From: Bacteroidales bacterium | GTDB lineage: Bacteria; Bacteroidota; Bacteroidia; Bacteroidales; JAAYUG01 | Direction: 5' to 3' | Assembly (NCBI GenBank): GCA_012517825.1 | Contig: JAAYUG010000111.1 | Coordinates: 4,948 to 68,947, forward strand | Length of the DNA: 64,000 bases | In this document: positions 7,827 to 18,562 of the stretch, in pieces | Position numbering within the stretch: the first letter of the stretch is position 1 | Layout: every line of letters starts with the position of its first letter | The notes under the pieces: model-generated | Told to the model about the DNA's origin: nothing | The model's input: the letters and a program-made list of their open reading frames with translations, nothing else | Database searches by the model: none | Translations under genes and position numbers: made by a program

Positions 7827-10181
7827 TCAGTTCTCTGCATCAAGCAGTCGAAGTTTGGCAAATTTGAGGAGCAACTGCCGGGTTCCGGCTTCATCGAACT
7901 GCACAGATGCTTTAAGGTCGGGATATTCTCCTTCAAGGGAAAGAATGGTTCCGGGCCCGAACCGGTCGTGGTGCACACGGGCTCCCGATTTGAGTTTTTC
8001 AACGGGAATGGTCTGGAATTCGCTGGAGGTAACCGATGCAGTGGTTTCTCCCTTCCGCACTTTTTTCCAGTTGGGTGGAGGTATTGATCTTACGGGCAGG
8101 TCGGCCCGGGGTTCGCTGAGGCCTGAAGGGCCATCAGGTTCACGGAAAAGGGTATTCCCGGCATAGGGTCTTCTTCCATTCCTTTTTTCTTCGCCTTCGG
8201 AATAGGTTTTTTCGATATACCGGGGGTCTATTTCCCGTATAAAACGGCTCGGAGTGCAGTCAACCGGCTGACCCCAGCGGAAACGGGACTGCGCCCATGA
8301 AAGGAAGGCCCGCGTTTTTGCTCTGGTAAGGGCAACATAAAAAAGCCGGCGTTCTTCTTCCAGGTCAGAAGGATTTTCCATCGAAAGATAGGAGGGAAAA
8401 AGTTTCTCTTCCAGTCCGGTGATATAGATATAGGAAAACTCAAGTCCTTTGGCCGAATGAACGGTCATAAGGGTCACTTTGTCGTGGTCAGTTTCTTTTT
8501 CCGTATCCTGATCGGTAAGGAGGGAAACATTTTCCAGAAAACGGGTGAGAGTAGGAACTTCTTCTTCTGCCGATTCTTCCTGAAATGAGCTGATGCTGTT
8601 CAGCAATTCCTGAATATTTTCAAAGCGGGTTACCCCCTCGGGTGATTGGTCGTTGTGAAGCTCTTTCAGCAAACCGCTTTTTTCGGCAATATCCATGGCC
8701 AGGTCCCATGCAGAAGCAGAGGCCAGTTTATCCATAAACGTACGGATAAGGGAAACAAACCCCCTGATTTTATTCTGGATGCCGCTCCCAATGTTTGTTG
8801 CCGTGAGGGTTTCGTCTGAAATAACTGACCAGATGCTGGTCCCCCTTTCCGCGGCGGCTGCCTGAAGTTTTTCCATTGTTGTGTCTCCGATTCCTCTGGC
8901 CGGAACATTGATGATCCGCAGGAGGGCTTCATCGTCGTTCGGATTCACCACCAGTCTGAAATAGGCCAGAAGATCCTTGATTTCCTTGCGCTGGTAAAAA
9001 CTCAGGCCGCCATAAATTTTATAGGGTATATTCAATTTGCGGAGCGATTCTTCCAGTATGCGCGACTGGGCATTGGTACGGTAAAGAATGGCAAAATCTT
9101 TCCATGCTGCCTGACGGGAAAAGCGGATCTGGTGGATATCGGCTGCAATCATCATGGCTTCTTCCGCATCGGATGAAGCACGGGCAACCTGAATTTTCTC
9201 TCCGGCTTCCAGAGCGCTCCATACCTTTTTACGCAACTGGCCCTGATTGTTTTCAATGAGGCTGTTGGCGGCATTAACGATAGTCTGTGTGGAGCGGTAG
9301 TTCTGTTCCAGCTTGAACAAGCGGTATTCAGGATAGTCGTTTTTGAAGTTCAGGATATTTTCTATCCGTGCGCCTCTGAAGCCATAAATGCTTTGTGCAT
9401 CATCACCTACCACAAAAACGTTGCGGTGTTTCTGTACGAGCTTGCTTACAATGAGGTATTGGGAAAAATTGGTATCCTGGTATTCGTCAACGAGCACATG
9501 AAGGAATCGTTCCTGGTATTTTTTCAGAACATCAGGGAAATCGCGGAACAGGATGTTGGTATAGAGCAACAGGTCGTCAAAATCCATGGCATTGGCCTTA
9601 CGGCATCGGCTGGCATAGCGGGCATAGATTTCGGCCACCATGGGTTTTCTGGCCGCTGTATCCTGTCGGATAATTTCCTGATTACGGGCATAAGCCTGCG
9701 GGGTGATCAGGTTGTTCTTGGCCGAGGATATGCGGCCATAAATTTCTCCCGGCGGGTAAACCTTGTCGTCGAGCTGAAGTTCCTTAATGATTGTTTTTAC
9801 CAGATTTTTTGCATCCTGTGTGTCGTAGATGGTAAAGCTTGAAGTGAAGCCCAGAACGCTTCCCTCTATCCGGAGAATACGGGCAAAAACAGAATGAAAA
9901 GTGCCCATCCACAGGTGCCGGCATTCTTTTTCTCCGACCAGAGAGGCGATGCGTTCCTTCATCTCTCTGGCGGCTTTGTTGGTAAATGTGAGGGCAAGGA
10001 TTTGCCCTGATGTTACTCCCTGAGAGAGCAGCCAGGCAATGCGATAAGTAAGCACGCGGGTTTTTCCGGAGCCGGCACCGGCAATAACAAGGCACGGTCC
10101 TCCCGGAGCCGTAACAGCTTCGCGCTGTGCATCATTCAGAGCATTTAAGAGACTCGTCACGGAAAATAATTGAACAGGCAA
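7827..10181 (-). CDS. uvrD: ATP-dependent DNA helicase, UvrD/PcrA/Rep family
   Basis: 784 aa with Walker A AGAGSGKT, TFTNKAAREM, DEYQDTN and VGDDAQSIYGFRGA helicase motifs, plus a C-terminal VHHDRFGPGTI tail. There is no N-terminal ATG; the start is TTG at 10181 or GTG at 10160. Confidence 0.9.
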   Translation of the reverse strand: MPVQLFSVTSLLNALNDAQREAVTAPGGPCLVIAGAGSGKTRVLTYRIAWLLSQGVTSGQILALTFTNKAAREMKERIASLVGEKECRHLWMGTFHSVFARILRIEGSVLGFTSSFTIYDTQDAKNLVKTIIKELQLDDKVYPPGEIYGRISSAKNNLITPQAYARNQEIIRQDTAARKPMVAEIYARYASRCRKANAMDFDDLLLYTNILFRDFPDVLKKYQERFLHVLVDEYQDTNFSQYLIVSKLVQKHRNVFVVGDDAQSIYGFRGARIENILNFKNDYPEYRLFKLEQNYRSTQTIVNAANSLIENNQGQLRKKVWSALEAGEKIQVARASSDAEEAMMIAADIHQIRFSRQAAWKDFAILYRTNAQSRILEESLRKLNIPYKIYGGLSFYQRKEIKDLLAYFRLVVNPNDDEALLRIINVPARGIGDTTMEKLQAAAAERGTSIWSVISDETLTATNIGSGIQNKIRGFVSLIRTFMDKLASASAWDLAMDIAEKSGLLKELHNDQSPEGVTRFENIQELLNSISSFQEESAEEEVPTLTRFLENVSLLTDQDTEKETDHDKVTLMTVHSAKGLEFSYIYITGLEEKLFPSYLSMENPSDLEEERRLFYVALTRAKTRAFLSWAQSRFRWGQPVDCTPSRFIREIDPRYIEKTYSEGEEKRNGRRPYAGNTLFREPDGPSGLSEPRADLPVRSIPPPNWKKVRKGETTASVTSSEFQTIPVEKLKSGARVHHDRFGPGTILSLEGEYPDLKASVQFDEAGTRQLLLKFAKLRLLDAEN

Positions 10182-10247
10182 AGGTAGTTAAGCGGGAAGG
10201 AATATAATTAGGATGTTGAAATCTTTTCGGACAGACTTTTCTTTGCA

Positions 10248-10457
10248 TTATTCATTGAGCTCTAAAACCAGTGAAGTGGTATTAAAATCAGCATCATTGA
10301 AAAAATCAAAATCTAGAGACCGGCGATGTGCGATCTGCAATGCGAGTGCGGTGCCTCCGGCAAGGTAAAAATTCCGGATAAATTCCTGCTCTGCCAGCAT
10401 TTTTAGCAAGGAAAGCTGATTTTCCGTAAGCACATCGGTATATAGGTCAGATTTCAT
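10248..10457 (-). pseudogene. AbiEii/AbiGii-type nucleotidyltransferase toxin, N-terminal 69-aa fragment
   Basis: MKSDLYTDVLTENQLSLLKMLAEQEFIRNFYLAGGTALALQIAHRRSLDFDFF matches the N-terminal GGTAL...HR.S.D.DFF motif of this family. By recollection, full-length members are several-fold longer. Here a stop follows after 69 codons. Confidence 0.55.
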
Positions 10458-10566
10458 AAATATTAGGCTTTCGATAGTTTATAATAGCCTGGATGTCCAT
10501 TCAAGTCTCTTGTTTCCCTGGATGTTTGTCAGTCGCTTGCTATACGGCGAAGAACAGATGGTCGGG

Positions 10567-10848
10567 TTACATAGTAAGTTTCAATTTCCAAAAGTTTCTG
10601 GTTTTGGCGTTTAAGTTTCTGCTACTTATTAACAGTTTCTTAAGGAAATCTTGGTCAGCCCAGGACAAGAACCACTGAACACTGGCCAGATCGCCATAAT
10701 TCAGGATTCTTTCGGCAATAAATCTGGAATGCTTTCTCAGAGAGAGTTTATGAAAATCAACATCCCAAAAATATTCCTGCAATTCGTCCGGGAGTTTAAT
10801 CATATCGTTCCGGTCAGACAACATTCGTGTAACCTGATTACTAACCAT
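10567..10848 (-). CDS. Small conserved protein of the kind usually paired upstream of AbiEii-type nucleotidyltransferases (putative antitoxin-side partner)
   Basis: 93 aa, ...LPDELQEYFWDVDFHKLSLRKHSRFIAERILNYGDLASVQWF... Position immediately upstream of the toxin fragment supports the pairing. The family assignment is from memory only. Confidence 0.4.
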   Translation of the reverse strand: MVSNQVTRMLSDRNDMIKLPDELQEYFWDVDFHKLSLRKHSRFIAERILNYGDLASVQWFLSWADQDFLKKLLISSRNLNAKTRNFWKLKLTM

Positions 10849-11123
10849 GCAAATATAGTAATTAAAATTGCAGTGATGAATAATGAATTTAATGAAAACC
10901 TTGCTCCTTGTTCCAAATACGGATTTTAAGTTCAGCTTCCAATGGCATGACCATTAAACCATTATGCCCTGTGTTTTTGAATTTTTCCCTTTTTTGCTGT
11001 ACTTCTGATTTGCCATAGGTTATGCAGAGAAACCTTTACAATTTTTTATGAGGGATGGAATTATATACTGAATCTGAAAACATTTCGTTTATTTTGCAGA
11101 AACGGTAAAAGAAAGTTACTGAC

Positions 11124-12548
11124 TTGAATCCATTTGGTTTGCAGAAATTAAAGTCTGGCAAGATATCCGGCTTCCTTGCATTGGTGTTCTTATTGCTTGC
11201 GGAAGTTACGCTTGATGCGCAGATACTGGCACCCCAGGCTTCCTATACTGGTACTACGCAATACTCGGTGTTCCCTTATCAGGATCCGATTTATGTGTTT
11301 TATTCACCTCAGGGGGGTACTTATCCACAGTTGAAGCTAAGTGCCCAGTGTCCGGGAGGAGGGAATGACTGCAACTTTATCTGGTATAAATACCGTTTTG
11401 CAACAGGACAGTTTGATAGTGTGGTGAAAACGGAAAACAATGTTAATCAGTCTGAAATAACAGCCGTTGCGGGTGGAGGGTACAGGCTGGTAAGGCAGCA
11501 TGCCCCCGATCCGGATACGGTATGCAGGGCATGGGTATTTGTTCATGACATTGTGGCCGATGCGCTGGAAACTAATGAAGGGAAGGTGCCTGACACCAAA
11601 TTTACCTGCGACTACGTGGAGCTCAACGGTACAGTGCGGACGGATACACTGGTTTATGCAGATCCTCAGTCGGGAGCCCTGCTGAAATACACACTTAAGC
11701 CAACTATTTACTGGAGTTCGGTCAATGAGGAAGAGACGGTTGAAAATGCATTTTCCGGCACATACGTCCGGAACTATAATCCCCCTCCCTTTGATACGCG
11801 GTATATACTGAAAGTTACCGATGCCAGCGGCATTCTGAGAAGCGATACGGTGTTATATAAAAGCATTCAGACGCGGGCTGATTTTTCCTTCCTGGTGAAA
11901 GATGCCCAGGACAGCGAGTTCCGGCAGGCCAGCCAGGACGGGGAATCGGCTCCTCTGGCGGTGCAGTTCATTAATAAATCGGTGAACGGCAAAAGCTTTA
12001 CCTGGAAATTTCTGGATACCGTCTTTCGTGGGCAGACCAGGCCATTGCCTCTGGTTACTTCGGATACGGCCATTAAACCGGAGTTCACCTACTATATTCC
12101 TCACCGGTACACGGTTCGTCTTATATCGGTAAGTGAAGCTGGTTGTGTGGATTCTACTGTCAATAGTGAACCGCTGGTTATCAAGCCATCTCTACTGGAG
12201 GTGCCCAATTTTTTTACGCCCGATATTCCGGGAGGAAATTCGCGTTTCATTATTTTGCGTGACCGCCAGAAGAATCAGGAGAGTTTTGCCTCCATCCGGT
12301 CATTTCATATAACCATTTACAGCAGGTGGGGAGCTAAAGTGTACGAATATGAAGGGGACATCAATGACTGGGATGGGTGGGACGGAACCGTCAGAGGATC
12401 AGGGCGGCCTGCGGCTGAAGGGTATTACTATTACGTTATCGAAGCAAAGGGATACGATGATGTCCGCTATCAGGGCGTTAAAAAGACAGATGACGGAGGG
12501 AAAATCTATTACACCGGCTTTTTGTACCTCTTTCGGCAAGCTTTTTGA
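11124..12548 (+). CDS. Secreted protein with gliding-motility-associated C-terminal (T9SS type B) sorting domain
   Basis: C-terminus VPNFFTPDIPGGNSRFII...IYSRWGAKVYEYEG...GRPAAEGYYYYVIEAKG. The N-terminus is hydrophobic and signal-like. TTG start (11124, or TTG at 11139); there is no nearby in-frame ATG. Confidence 0.75.
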   Translation: MNPFGLQKLKSGKISGFLALVFLLLAEVTLDAQILAPQASYTGTTQYSVFPYQDPIYVFYSPQGGTYPQLKLSAQCPGGGNDCNFIWYKYRFATGQFDSVVKTENNVNQSEITAVAGGGYRLVRQHAPDPDTVCRAWVFVHDIVADALETNEGKVPDTKFTCDYVELNGTVRTDTLVYADPQSGALLKYTLKPTIYWSSVNEEETVENAFSGTYVRNYNPPPFDTRYILKVTDASGILRSDTVLYKSIQTRADFSFLVKDAQDSEFRQASQDGESAPLAVQFINKSVNGKSFTWKFLDTVFRGQTRPLPLVTSDTAIKPEFTYYIPHRYTVRLISVSEAGCVDSTVNSEPLVIKPSLLEVPNFFTPDIPGGNSRFIILRDRQKNQESFASIRSFHITIYSRWGAKVYEYEGDINDWDGWDGTVRGSGRPAAEGYYYYVIEAKGYDDVRYQGVKKTDDGGKIYYTGFLYLFRQAF

Positions 12549-12696
12549 TTGCTGATTACGAATTTTCCATGCCAACAAACTTTTGCATAGTCTGTTGTTT
12601 TTTTGCATAAGCTTCCGGTCAAACCCTGCTGAAATAAAGTGAAAGTACCATTTGTGAGGTATGTCGTTGAAAAAAAAGTTTTAAGACATCCCGATG

Positions 12697-12730
12697 AAAA
12701 AAAACCTTCAGATTTTCTGAAGGTTTTTTT
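12697..12730. terminator. Bidirectional rho-independent terminator
   Basis: AAAAAAAA-CCTTCAGA-TTT-TCTGAAGG-TTTTTTT lies between the convergent T9SS-cargo gene (+) and the EF-G paralog (-). Confidence 0.8.
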
Positions 12731-12743
12731 GGGTGAAGTATGG

Positions 12744-14900
12744 TTACTCTTCTTTCTCTTCTGCTTCGTAGGCTTTCAGGAGTTGTTCCTGGATTTCGGC
12801 CGGTACAGGAGCATATTCCGAGAATCGCATGGTGTACATGGCTCTGCCACCGGTAAGACTGGAAAGGGCAGTTGAATATTTGTTCATTTCAGCCAGGGGA
12901 ACCTTAGCGGTTATTTTTTCAAATCCTCTTTCACTTCCCATGCCCAGCACCATGCCACGCCGGCCCTGCAGATCGCTGATCACATCACCCATACGATCGG
13001 AAGGCACATAAATTTCGACAAGATAGATAGGTTCGAGAATTTTGGGGCCTGCGTTTTTGAAGGCAATTTTAAAGGCATTTCTTCCGGCAAGCTTGAAGGA
13101 TATTTCATTGGAGTCAACCGGGTGCATTTTCCCGTCGTATACACAGATTCTGATGTCGCGGGCATAGGAACCGGTCAGAGGGCCTTCTTCCATTTTTTCC
13201 ATAATTCCTTTCAGAATAGCCGGCATAAAGCGGGCATCAATGCTTCCTCCGACTATGCAGTTATGGAATACCAGTTTACCGCCCCAGGGAAGGTCATGTT
13301 CTTCTGTATCCCGCACGCTTACTTTGAATTCCTTGCCGTTGATTTTATAAACCGATGGAACGGGAGCGCCTTCTACATAGGGTTCAATAATCATATGCAC
13401 TTCACCAAACTGACCGGCGCCGCCCGATTGTTTTTTGTGGCGGTAGTCGGCCTGTGCAGCCTTGGTAATTGTTTCCCGGTAGGGAATACGGGGCGGCAGA
13501 AACTCGGTAGGTATCTTAAATTCGTTATCGAGGTGCCACTTTAATATATTAAGGTGGTGTTCACCCTGTCCGTAGACGATGATTTGTTTCAGTTCCTTGG
13601 AGTATTCAATCAGGATCGTCGGGTCGTCGTTATGCATACGGTTAAGCGCTTCTCCCAGTTTTTCTTCATCACCTTCGTTGAGGGGACGAATGGCGGTACG
13701 GTATTTGGGTTCAGGGAATTTGATAGCAGGGAAAGTGAATGAAACGGAAGGAGCGGTAAGAGTGTGGTTATTGCGGGTGTTTTTCAGTTTCACGGTAGCG
13801 CCGAGGTCTCCGGCCACGAGTTCCGGCACCTTAGTGCGGTTTTTCCCAAGTACCCAGAAAATCTGCGAAAGTCTTTCTTTGCTCTGGTTATTGTTGTTTA
13901 CATAGTCAGAGCCTTCGGTGATTTTTCCGGACATCACCTTAAAATAAAGGATTTCACCGATATGGGTTTCGATATTGCTTTTGAAAATAAAGAGAGAAGC
14001 GGGAGCACTGGCATCACAGGGGACTTCCTTCCCTTCGCTGTTTTTTGGTGCGGGCATTTCGGAAGGAGAAGGAGCTGCTTTGGCGATAAACTGAAGCAGA
14101 CGGCCCACACCCATGTTCTTTTTGGCGGCAGTGCAAAAGAGCGGGAAAATGCCACGGGCTATAATTCCCTTTCGTATGCCGCTCATCAGTTCTTCTTCCG
14201 TAAGAGTTCCCTTTTCGAAAAAGATTTCCATGAGTGCTTCATCATTTTCTGCGGCCCGCTCAATCAGTTCGTTGTGCAGTTCTTCTGCTTTTCCTTTCAG
14301 TTCGGCAGGAATGTCGGTTATTTCAGGCTGTCCTCCTTCGGCAGGATATTTGAGTACCTTCATCAGCATCAGATCAACAATGCTGTTAAATCCGGGCCCT
14401 TCCTGAACAGGGAACTGGAAAAGAGTTACATGGCTGCCGAAACGTTCTTTGGCCATTTCAATCGTTTTCTCGAAATTGGATTTGTCATGATCGACATGGT
14501 TAACTACCAGCATCATTGGTTTCTTGAGGTCTTCGAGGTGGCGCGCCTGAATTTCTGTCCCCACTTCGACACCATTCTGGGCATTAAGAAGCATTACCCC
14601 AAGGTCGGCCACATGAAGCGATGAAACCACATTCCCGATAAAATCGTCGGCTCCGGGTGTGTCGAGAATATTGATTTTGGTATCCGCAATCTCGGTGTAC
14701 ATCAGGGATGAGAAAACAGATGACCCCGTTTCATGTTCAATGGGTTCAAAGTCAGAAACGGTATTCTTCTGTTCAACACTGCCTCTGCGGTCTATCATTT
14801 TTCCTTCAAACAGCATGGCTTCTGACAGAATGGTTTTGCCGGAACCAGCATTACCAAGAAGGACAATATTCTTAATCTGAGATGTCTGATAGGTTTTCAT
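12744..14900 (-). CDS. EF-G-like translational GTPase paralog (EF-G II-type)
   Basis: 718 aa, five-domain EF-G-like length. P-loop GNAGSGKT, G3 DTPGADDF, G4-position NHVD. Clearly distinct from the canonical fusA at 16110. Confidence 0.8.
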   Translation of the reverse strand: MKTYQTSQIKNIVLLGNAGSGKTILSEAMLFEGKMIDRRGSVEQKNTVSDFEPIEHETGSSVFSSLMYTEIADTKINILDTPGADDFIGNVVSSLHVADLGVMLLNAQNGVEVGTEIQARHLEDLKKPMMLVVNHVDHDKSNFEKTIEMAKERFGSHVTLFQFPVQEGPGFNSIVDLMLMKVLKYPAEGGQPEITDIPAELKGKAEELHNELIERAAENDEALMEIFFEKGTLTEEELMSGIRKGIIARGIFPLFCTAAKKNMGVGRLLQFIAKAAPSPSEMPAPKNSEGKEVPCDASAPASLFIFKSNIETHIGEILYFKVMSGKITEGSDYVNNNNQSKERLSQIFWVLGKNRTKVPELVAGDLGATVKLKNTRNNHTLTAPSVSFTFPAIKFPEPKYRTAIRPLNEGDEEKLGEALNRMHNDDPTILIEYSKELKQIIVYGQGEHHLNILKWHLDNEFKIPTEFLPPRIPYRETITKAAQADYRHKKQSGGAGQFGEVHMIIEPYVEGAPVPSVYKINGKEFKVSVRDTEEHDLPWGGKLVFHNCIVGGSIDARFMPAILKGIMEKMEEGPLTGSYARDIRICVYDGKMHPVDSNEISFKLAGRNAFKIAFKNAGPKILEPIYLVEIYVPSDRMGDVISDLQGRRGMVLGMGSERGFEKITAKVPLAEMNKYSTALSSLTGGRAMYTMRFSEYAPVPAEIQEQLLKAYEAEEKEE

Positions 14901-15156
14901 TGAAATGGATCTGTTTAATTATTGTTGTTTTAAATAATATCCTGTTTCATTTCCAGAGACAGCCACAGGGAAGTGCAATCCGGTTAACATATAATATAAG
15001 GTGATACCCTTCCCTGTCCATCCTCATGGGTTGGCAAAAGTAGCAAAAATTTAATAAGGTACAAGAGCGGGCTGAGAATGGCTTCAGGCAAAGGTTTTGT
15101 TCTGCAACATAAAAAGAAAAAACCGAGGGATGATATTGTTTTTTAAAAAAAAAGAA

Positions 15157-15164
15157 TACCTTTG
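15157..15164 (+). promoter_or_regulatory. Bacteroidota-type -7 promoter box (TAnnTTTG) for the str operon
   Basis: TACCTTTG lies 35 nt upstream of the rpsL ATG, with a TTG at 15136-15138 about 18 nt upstream. Confidence 0.5.
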
Positions 15165-15198
15165 CAAGCCCAAATTTGTAAGAAAAACATATTTGTTT

Positions 15199-15579
15199 AT
15201 GCCAACAATACAGCAATTAGTGAGAAAAGGCAGAGCAAAGCTGGAAGAAAAGAGCAAGGCTCCGGCCATGAAGTCCTGTCCGCAACGCAGGGGTGTGTGT
15301 ACACGTGTTTATACTACTACGCCCAAAAAACCGAATTCGGCTATGCGGAAGGTGGCCCGTGTGCGTCTGACGGATGGAATGGAAGTAACTGCCTATATTC
15401 CCGGGGAAGGACATAACCTTCAGGAACACTCGATCGTCCTTATCAGAGGAGGCCGTGTGAAAGATCTTCCCGGTGTGCGTTATCACATCATCCGTGGAAC
15501 GCTCGATGCTTCCGGTGTTGAAGGACGCGGAAAACGCCGCTCGGTTTACGGAACCAAGAAACCTAAGGCTAAAAAATAA
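15199..15579 (+). CDS. rpsL: 30S ribosomal protein S12
   Basis: [48 protein letters not shown]... Internal ATG of ORF 15097-15579. Confidence 0.97.
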   Translation: MPTIQQLVRKGRAKLEEKSKAPAMKSCPQRRGVCTRVYTTTPKKPNSAMRKVARVRLTDGMEVTAYIPGEGHNLQEHSIVLIRGGRVKDLPGVRYHIIRGTLDASGVEGRGKRRSVYGTKKPKAKK

Positions 15580-15606
15580 TATCAAAATATAACCGGTTAA
15601 AAGCAC

Positions 15607-16083
15607 ATGAGAAAAGCAAAACCAAAAAAACGGATTTTGTTGCCCGACCCGAAGTACAACGACGTGTTGGTTACAAGATTTGTCAATAACCTGATGATGC
15701 GGGGAAAAAAGAGTGTGGCTTTCAAAATTTTTTATGATGCCATTGATGAGGTAGGAGAAAAGATGAAGGATACGGGGAAAACCCCTCTGGAAATCTGGAA
15801 GAAAGCCCTTGAAAACATTACCCCGCAGGTAGAAGTTAAGAGCCGCAGGGTAGGTGGAGCTACCTTTCAGGTACCGGTTGAAGTGCGCCCCGACCGGAAA
15901 ATTTCCCTCAGCATAAAGAACATGATTGAGTTTGCCCGCAAAAGAGGTGGCAAATCCATGAAGGAAAAGCTGGCGGCCGAAATCATCGCGGCATACAATG
16001 AAGAAGGTGGTGCTTTCAAACGGAAAGAAGACATGCACAAAATGGCCGAAGCCAATAAAGCTTTTGCTCACTTCAGATTTTAA
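15607..16083 (+). CDS. rpsG: 30S ribosomal protein S7
   Basis: [38 protein letters not shown]...; str operon position. Confidence 0.97.
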   Translation: MRKAKPKKRILLPDPKYNDVLVTRFVNNLMMRGKKSVAFKIFYDAIDEVGEKMKDTGKTPLEIWKKALENITPQVEVKSRRVGGATFQVPVEVRPDRKISLSIKNMIEFARKRGGKSMKEKLAAEIIAAYNEEGGAFKRKEDMHKMAEANKAFAHFRF

Positions 16084-16109
16084 TACAGAAGGGTTGCGGA
16101 GAAGATTCA

Positions 16110-18221
16110 ATGAAAGAAGAGCTTAAATATACCAGGAACATCGGGATTATGGCCCATATCGACGCCGGTAAAACGACGACGACCGAAAGGATTTTGTATT
16201 ATACCGGCGTCAATTACAAAATGGGCGAGGTGCATGACGGGAATGCCACGATGGACTGGATGGTGCAGGAACAGGAGAGAGGAATTACCATTACGGCTGC
16301 AGCAACCACCTGTTACTGGAAGTACAGGGATCAGAACTATAAGATCAATATTATCGATACACCGGGTCACGTTGATTTTACCGTTGAGGTAGAACGTTCC
16401 CTGCGTGTTCTTGACGGAGCCATTGCCGTTTTCTGTGCCGTGGGAGGTGTAGAACCCCAGAGCGAAACCGTATGGCGGCAGGCCGATAAATACCATGTGC
16501 CACGCATTGCCTTTATAAACAAGATGGACCGGCCGGGTGCCGATTTCTTTGGCGTGGTGCAGCAAATGAAGACAAAACTCCATGCCAATGCAGTACCCGT
16601 CCAGATTCCCATAGGATCGGAAGATTCTTTTACCGGACTGGTCGATCTGATTGAACGGAAGGCAATTGTTTGGTTCGATGACGAAAAGATCGGAACCCGC
16701 TACGAAAAATTTGACGTGCCGGAAGATATGGTCGAACTGACCGAAGAATGGCGCGAAAAGCTGATTGAAAGCCTGGCCGAAGTTGACGATCACCTTCTGG
16801 AAAGGTACCTCGAAGACCATGCTTCCATTACGGAAGAAGAAATACTGTCAGCTGTCCGTAAAGCAGTAATCAGCCGGAAAATTGTGCCGGTGATGTGCGG
16901 TGCTGCTTTTAAGAATAAAGGAATACAACGTCTGCTGGATGGCATAGTTGCCTTTTTGCCCAGTCCTCTCGATATTGGATCTGTGCAGGGTGTGCATCCC
17001 GATACAGGGGAAGAAATCCGGAGAGAACCTGATGAAAAGGCCCCGCTTACAGCTCTTGCGTTCAAAATCGCAACCGATCCTTATGTGGGCCGGCTTGTGT
17101 ATGTCAGGGTCTATTCAGGACGCATCGATTCAGGCACCCAGGTGTTTAATCCCCGTACCGGACGAAAAGAGCGCATTTCCCGCATTTACCAGATGCATGC
17201 CAACAAACAGAATCCGCGCGACTTCATCGAAGCCGGAGATATTTGCGGGGTGGTAGGCCTTAAAGACATCAAAACGGGAGATACCCTTTGCGAAAGTTCC
17301 CATCCCATCATTCTTGAATCGATGGAATTCCCCGAGCCGGTAATTGGTGTTGCCATTGAACCCAAAACACAGGGCGACATGGACAAACTGGCTATCGCCC
17401 TGAGCAAGCTCACCGAAGAAGACCCGACCTTCCGTGTTACCTATGACGAAGATTCAGGGCAGACCATCATCAGTGGTATGGGAGAACTGCACCTCGATAT
17501 TCTTCTTGACAGATTGCGCCGCGAGTTTGGTGTGGAATGCAACCAGGGATCTCCTCAGGTTGCCTATAAAGAAGCCATCACCGCAACGGTTGAACACAGG
17601 GAGGTGTTCAAGAAACAAACCGGGGGCAGGGGCAAATTCGCTGATATTTATGTACGCATATCTCCTCCCGATCCGGGTGAAAAAGGATTGCAGTTTATCG
17701 ACAGCGTTAGGGGAGGAAATGTTCCGAAAGAATATATTCCGGCGGTTAAGAAAGGCTTTGAGGAAGCGATGCGCAACGGTCCGCTGGCCGGCTATCCGCT
17801 TGAAGGGCTTAAGGTGGAACTGCTCGATGGTTCGTACCATCCGGTTGATTCAGACAGCCTGTCCTTTGAGATTGCAGCCCGTCAGGCTTTCCGCAAGGCA
17901 GCAGCGGAAGCCAAACCTGTTCTGCTCGAACCGATTATGTCGCTTGAAGTTGTAACTCCGGAAGAATATATGGGAGATATTATTGGCGACCTTAACCGCA
18001 GACGTGGCCAGGTTGAAGGTATGGAAACCCGGGCCGGTGCCCGTGTTATCAAGGCAAAAGTGCCTCTGGCAGAACAATTCGGTTATGTTACCGTTCTGCG
18101 GACCCTCTCCTCAGGACGCGCCGCCTCTACCATGGAATTTCACAGTTACGCCCCGGTCCCGGCTGAACTGTCGAAAGAAATTCTGGAAAATTATCACGGA
18201 AAGAAACTTGCATTTGCATAA
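16110..18221 (+). CDS. fusA: Elongation factor G
   Basis: 703 aa with canonical motifs [17 protein letters not shown] and NKMDR. Confidence 0.97.
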   Translation: MKEELKYTRNIGIMAHIDAGKTTTTERILYYTGVNYKMGEVHDGNATMDWMVQEQERGITITAAATTCYWKYRDQNYKINIIDTPGHVDFTVEVERSLRVLDGAIAVFCAVGGVEPQSETVWRQADKYHVPRIAFINKMDRPGADFFGVVQQMKTKLHANAVPVQIPIGSEDSFTGLVDLIERKAIVWFDDEKIGTRYEKFDVPEDMVELTEEWREKLIESLAEVDDHLLERYLEDHASITEEEILSAVRKAVISRKIVPVMCGAAFKNKGIQRLLDGIVAFLPSPLDIGSVQGVHPDTGEEIRREPDEKAPLTALAFKIATDPYVGRLVYVRVYSGRIDSGTQVFNPRTGRKERISRIYQMHANKQNPRDFIEAGDICGVVGLKDIKTGDTLCESSHPIILESMEFPEPVIGVAIEPKTQGDMDKLAIALSKLTEEDPTFRVTYDEDSGQTIISGMGELHLDILLDRLRREFGVECNQGSPQVAYKEAITATVEHREVFKKQTGGRGKFADIYVRISPPDPGEKGLQFIDSVRGGNVPKEYIPAVKKGFEEAMRNGPLAGYPLEGLKVELLDGSYHPVDSDSLSFEIAARQAFRKAAAEAKPVLLEPIMSLEVVTPEEYMGDIIGDLNRRRGQVEGMETRAGARVIKAKVPLAEQFGYVTVLRTLSSGRAASTMEFHSYAPVPAELSKEILENYHGKKLAFA

Positions 18222-18234
18222 AATACATTGATCA

Positions 18235-18540
18235 ATGAGTCAGAAGATTCGCATTAAACTGAAATCATACGATCATAATCTGGTTGATAAGTCAGCCGAG
18301 AAGATCGTAAAAACAGTAAAATCTACGGGAGCTGTGGTAAGCGGACCTATTCCGCTTCCTACACAAAGGAAGATTTTTACGGTAAACCGTTCTCCCTTTG
18401 TCAATAAAAAGTCAAGGGAACAGTTTCAGCTTCCTTCCTTTAAGAGATTGCTTGATATTTACAGCTCCACTCCAAAGACAATTGATGCCCTCATGAAGCT
18501 GGAACTGCCCAGCGGAGTGGAAGTGGAAATTAAAGTGTGA
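18235..18540 (+). CDS. rpsJ: 30S ribosomal protein S10
   Basis: [25 protein letters not shown]...; only 13 nt after fusA (no tuf between). Confidence 0.97.
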   Translation: MSQKIRIKLKSYDHNLVDKSAEKIVKTVKSTGAVVSGPIPLPTQRKIFTVNRSPFVNKKSREQFQLPSFKRLLDIYSSTPKTIDALMKLELPSGVEVEIKV

Positions 18541-18562
18541 CACGAAATAATACCATAATACT

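Noticed and set aside
15217-16820. Long minus-strand ORFs (297 aa at 15217-16110 and 237 aa at 16107-16820) opposite rpsL, rpsG and fusA
   Set aside because: They lie fully antisense to unmistakable, highly conserved genes. Their translations are low-complexity (F/L/S/G-rich) with no motifs. This is the typical shadow-ORF artefact of strongly codon-biased genes.
18222-18234. Missing tuf between fusA and rpsJ as a possible deletion
   Set aside because: The 13-nt junction is clean. As far as I know, tuf lies elsewhere in Bacteroidota genomes, so this is the expected arrangement rather than an anomaly.
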